Assembly: GCA_013265495.1 (NCBI GenBank)
Contig: MU058252.1
Location: 2,452,244 to 2,516,243 of the forward strand
Reading direction: 5' to 3'
Length of the DNA stretch: 64,000 nucleotides
Source of the DNA: Vicugna vicugna
Lineage: Eukaryota
The translations under genes were made by a program, and so were the position numbers. Of the stretch, positions 61,101-64,000 are shown in pieces; position 1 is the first letter of the stretch; each line of letters begins with the position of its first letter. The notes beneath the pieces were generated by a model. It was not told the DNA's origin. It saw only the letters and a program-made list of their open reading frames with translations, and ran no database searches.

Positions 61101-64000
61101 GGTGTGTGTGTGTGTGTGTGTGTGTGTACTGAATGATTTTGTATTCGCATGACTGTGGCCACCTGAGCCACGGAGCTGGCCCGAGAAATGAAGTGCTGAG
61201 TGTGTGCTGGGGTCTGCCTTTGTCCTCTCCCCCACTTCTATTTTTGAAAGACCCTTGGTCCATCAGTAATGCACAGCCACAGGGAGCATCTGCCGAGGTG
61301 AACTTGAAGTAAAGGGACCTCCGGACAATGGCCTCTCTCAGAGCTGCAGAATTCAGCCCGTCTGCTGTGGAGGTTTCAACTACTTTGTAATTTGGGGAAG
61401 GGGGATGGAGGAGGTGGCTAAACTCCACCCCCCAAAATGTTCCATTTAATATTCCGTTTATTTTGACTTTCCAGCAGGACTTTGCTCTGGTCTTAACACA
61501 AGTCGAAAGAAGACCTATGAGCTGTGCTGAAAGGACTTTTTTTGGATACCTGTGTCCCTTTTCCTCCTTTTAAAACTATTTCTGAAGGTATTACCAGGTC
61601 GCTGCTGTTCATCCTGGCATTTGGAGAGTACACACTCTCCCAGCTAGAAAAGGCAGAGGAGGCACCGTGGGGACCCAGTGGGGCTCCAGCTGTGCAGTAG
61701 CAGGCCTTGGAGGGCTGGCAAGGATGGCAAGGACTGCATTGGTGTCCCCATATGACAGCAGGTGGCCTGAAGGGCCCAGTGTCTGCAGACTCAGGAGTCG
61801 AGGGAAACCAGCAGGCTGTTATATTGTAATTCCCTTCTCAGAAGATCTTGAGGGTTCTTATCTTTTTTAATCGCTGCTTAGTTCTCCTCGGGCAGATCAT
61901 TAAAATAGACCCTGGGAGACACCAGTGGATTCACAGAGCAGCTTCCTCAGGCCTTGTGAATCAGCAGTGGGGGCTGACCTTCCCTGCTTATTTTAGGGGT
62001 GTTGTGAGCAGTCACTTGCTGGGATTGGAGCAAAGAAAGGGGACCCCTCTAGAGTTCAGGAAGGCAGAGAGCCTCTCTGGGGACATTGCGTGACATCCCA
62101 TCCTCAACTATTCAGAGACCTTATGAAGACAACTTTGGATCTGTTTTTCTTGCAAGCTGCCTTTTTGGGGTCATTTCCTTTAAGTCCATTTTCCCATTAA
62201 AAAAATGAGACCATCTTATTAGCTGAATCATCATCATTTAAAGAACTTAGATACAGTTTCACGTCTTCTGGGAAGAAGATTCTGTAAATGTGGAAATGCA
62301 GGGGTTCTTCTGTGCAGTGGGCAGGCTCGTGTGAGGGCCCATGCTCTGGGCAGCATGAACACGGGGGTTCTCGGTGGGCAAGGCAAGCCCTCCTCCTTTA
62401 AAATATTCTACAGGATATTTGTTCACTAAAGCAAAGTGTCCACGCTGAGTTAGCATCCTGTAACTGCCTGGGCTTCCTTGTAATACAGATCTCCTCCTCA
62501 CTAGCTAGGAAATAGACCTGCCCTGGGCTTCCAGGCTCCGGCGAGGACTCAGGTGGCAGTTCCGACCATGGGACAGGAGCAGTGATTGGGGAGAGAGCAC
62601 AGTGCTAAGCCCAAGGGCGGGCATGCAGAAGCCGGGTCTGTGTTACGTGGAAGGAGGTCCGTGGCTCTGCTCAGCTTGCTCTCGTTTTGCCTGATGCCGT
62701 CACCTGCCAGGAGAGTGGAAATGGTTAACCAGGGTGTGGGTTTGGGAGGACATATACAGGCTCTCGTTTGATTTTATACCTTTTGATCATGGGAAGCGCC
62801 TTACGCTTGAACCTGCTGAAATCGTGGAAGACTTCAGCTGGCCTGACACTGAAGACCAGGGGTGCGTGGTCTCAGGGAGCAGGTGGGATGTCCAGAAGCC
62901 GCTGTCCCATCCCGTGCAGCTGTCCCCTTTCCCCTGCTCCCAGAGGGACGTGAGAATTGTAGTCCCTGGCAGAGGGCCTCAGAGCCCGCCCTGTGACGTC
63001 CAGCAAAGAGGAGGCCAGCAGCAGGGCCGGGAGCGGAGGCAGAGCGGGACGGAGGTCGGAGACCGCATATCTAAAGCCAACATGCCTGTAGGGGGCGCTG
63101 GCCGTGGTTTTAGCAAACTGCTCCAAGCACAGAGCGGCGGGTAACACAGCTCATGTAGACTGCTTCTTCCTCCTCCCTTATCGGTCAGTTTTCAAGAGAC
63201 ACAAAGTCTCTCTGTGCGTAGGCTGCTGAGCTCTGAACACGTCCTCCAATTCTACACATATTGCTCCCTTGTTTCTAATGAAGCTTTGGGGATGGCCCCT
63301 TTCCTAGGCTGGTAGCAATATGCTTCCCTTTTTTTTTATTTTACGAGAGAGAAAGAGACACATGCTGGTTTGTGGTTTGCTTTGGTTTTTAAGTTGGGGA
63401 TCATTTGATTGTGCTAATAACTTCGTGGCTGCCGCCAACTCACCAAGCCTTGTTCCTTGGTTGAAACTCTTAGCATTACCGAGAATTTCCATTTAATGTA
63501 GCCTGAAACTTGTTTTGAACAGTCTTTAAAATTCTTTGGTTCCTGCAGCAGACTACGCCGTAGTTCTTAGCAAGCTAACACGGGCGTAGTACAGTTTCTT
63601 ACCTGCCTTGGTGGTTGGGAACCAGGCACGTGGGTGGCGGCTGGAAATGACTTTTACATGCTGAGGATTACTGCAGATTAATGAAAAAAAAATCAAAGGA
63701 TTTTTACCTATGAATTAGAGATTGCCAAGTTTTTCCAATTTGTTTTCTAAAATATGTACTAAAAATAGATGACTCTGTAGAAAGAGTTTTATTAAATGAT
63801 ACTGTATGAACACTGAAATAAAATGGAGAAGAGACATCTAAAGGCCTTACTGCCTCTCTTTGGAGATGCTAAGAATTATTTTTAAATGAAATATGAAAAC
63901 TCAAAGATGTTTGGACACAGTATCTCTTTTAAGCGGAATGAATTAAATCCCTCCTTTGGCTCTGAGGCCCATCAGATGTTACAGAGGCTTGTCGGTCGTG
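61038..64000 (+). other. DPP6: Start of DPP6-S intron 1
   Basis: Follows the GTAATG donor. No exon 2 sequence (ELVGSNPPQRNWKG) is found in the window. Confidence 0.85.
61072..61127. repeat. Alternating purine-pyrimidine tract plus (GT)13
   Basis: gtgtgcgtgtgtgtgcgtgcgcgc (61072-61095) and (GT)13 (61102-61127). Confidence 0.93.

Overview
This is mammalian genomic DNA, very likely camelid. The evidence is three copies of a short tRNA-derived SINE of the camelid Vic-1 type, artiodactyl-type L1 3' ends and Tigger1a-like elements; I recognised no Alu, Bov-tA or PRE elements. The only coding sequence I can support is a 57-nt first coding exon at 60981-61037 (MTTAKEPNASGKSVQQQEQ, then a GT donor). 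It matches the N-terminus of the short isoform of DPP6 (DPPX-S, a Kv4 channel auxiliary subunit) and sits in a CpG-island promoter. The preceding ~60 kb is most likely intron 1 of the upstream DPP6 isoforms. It is filled with L1, L2, MIR, MaLR/ERVL/ERV1 solo LTRs, DNA transposons and tandem repeats. Almost all ORFs in the supplied track are spurious or L1 remnants. I found no convincing new multi-gene system. The best leads are: (1) a strong-Kozak Met-Asp-stop uORF and a possible upstream-promoter/hybrid-exon arrangement at DPP6-S; (2) a tail-less, TSD-less L1 RT fragment nested in Tigger1; (3) locally captured DNA fragments; (4) twin-primed L1 inversions; (5) strongly AT-to-GC-biased repeat copies suggesting GC-biased gene conversion. 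Repeat family names were assigned by eye from remembered consensus sequences, and the boundaries of old repeats are approximate.
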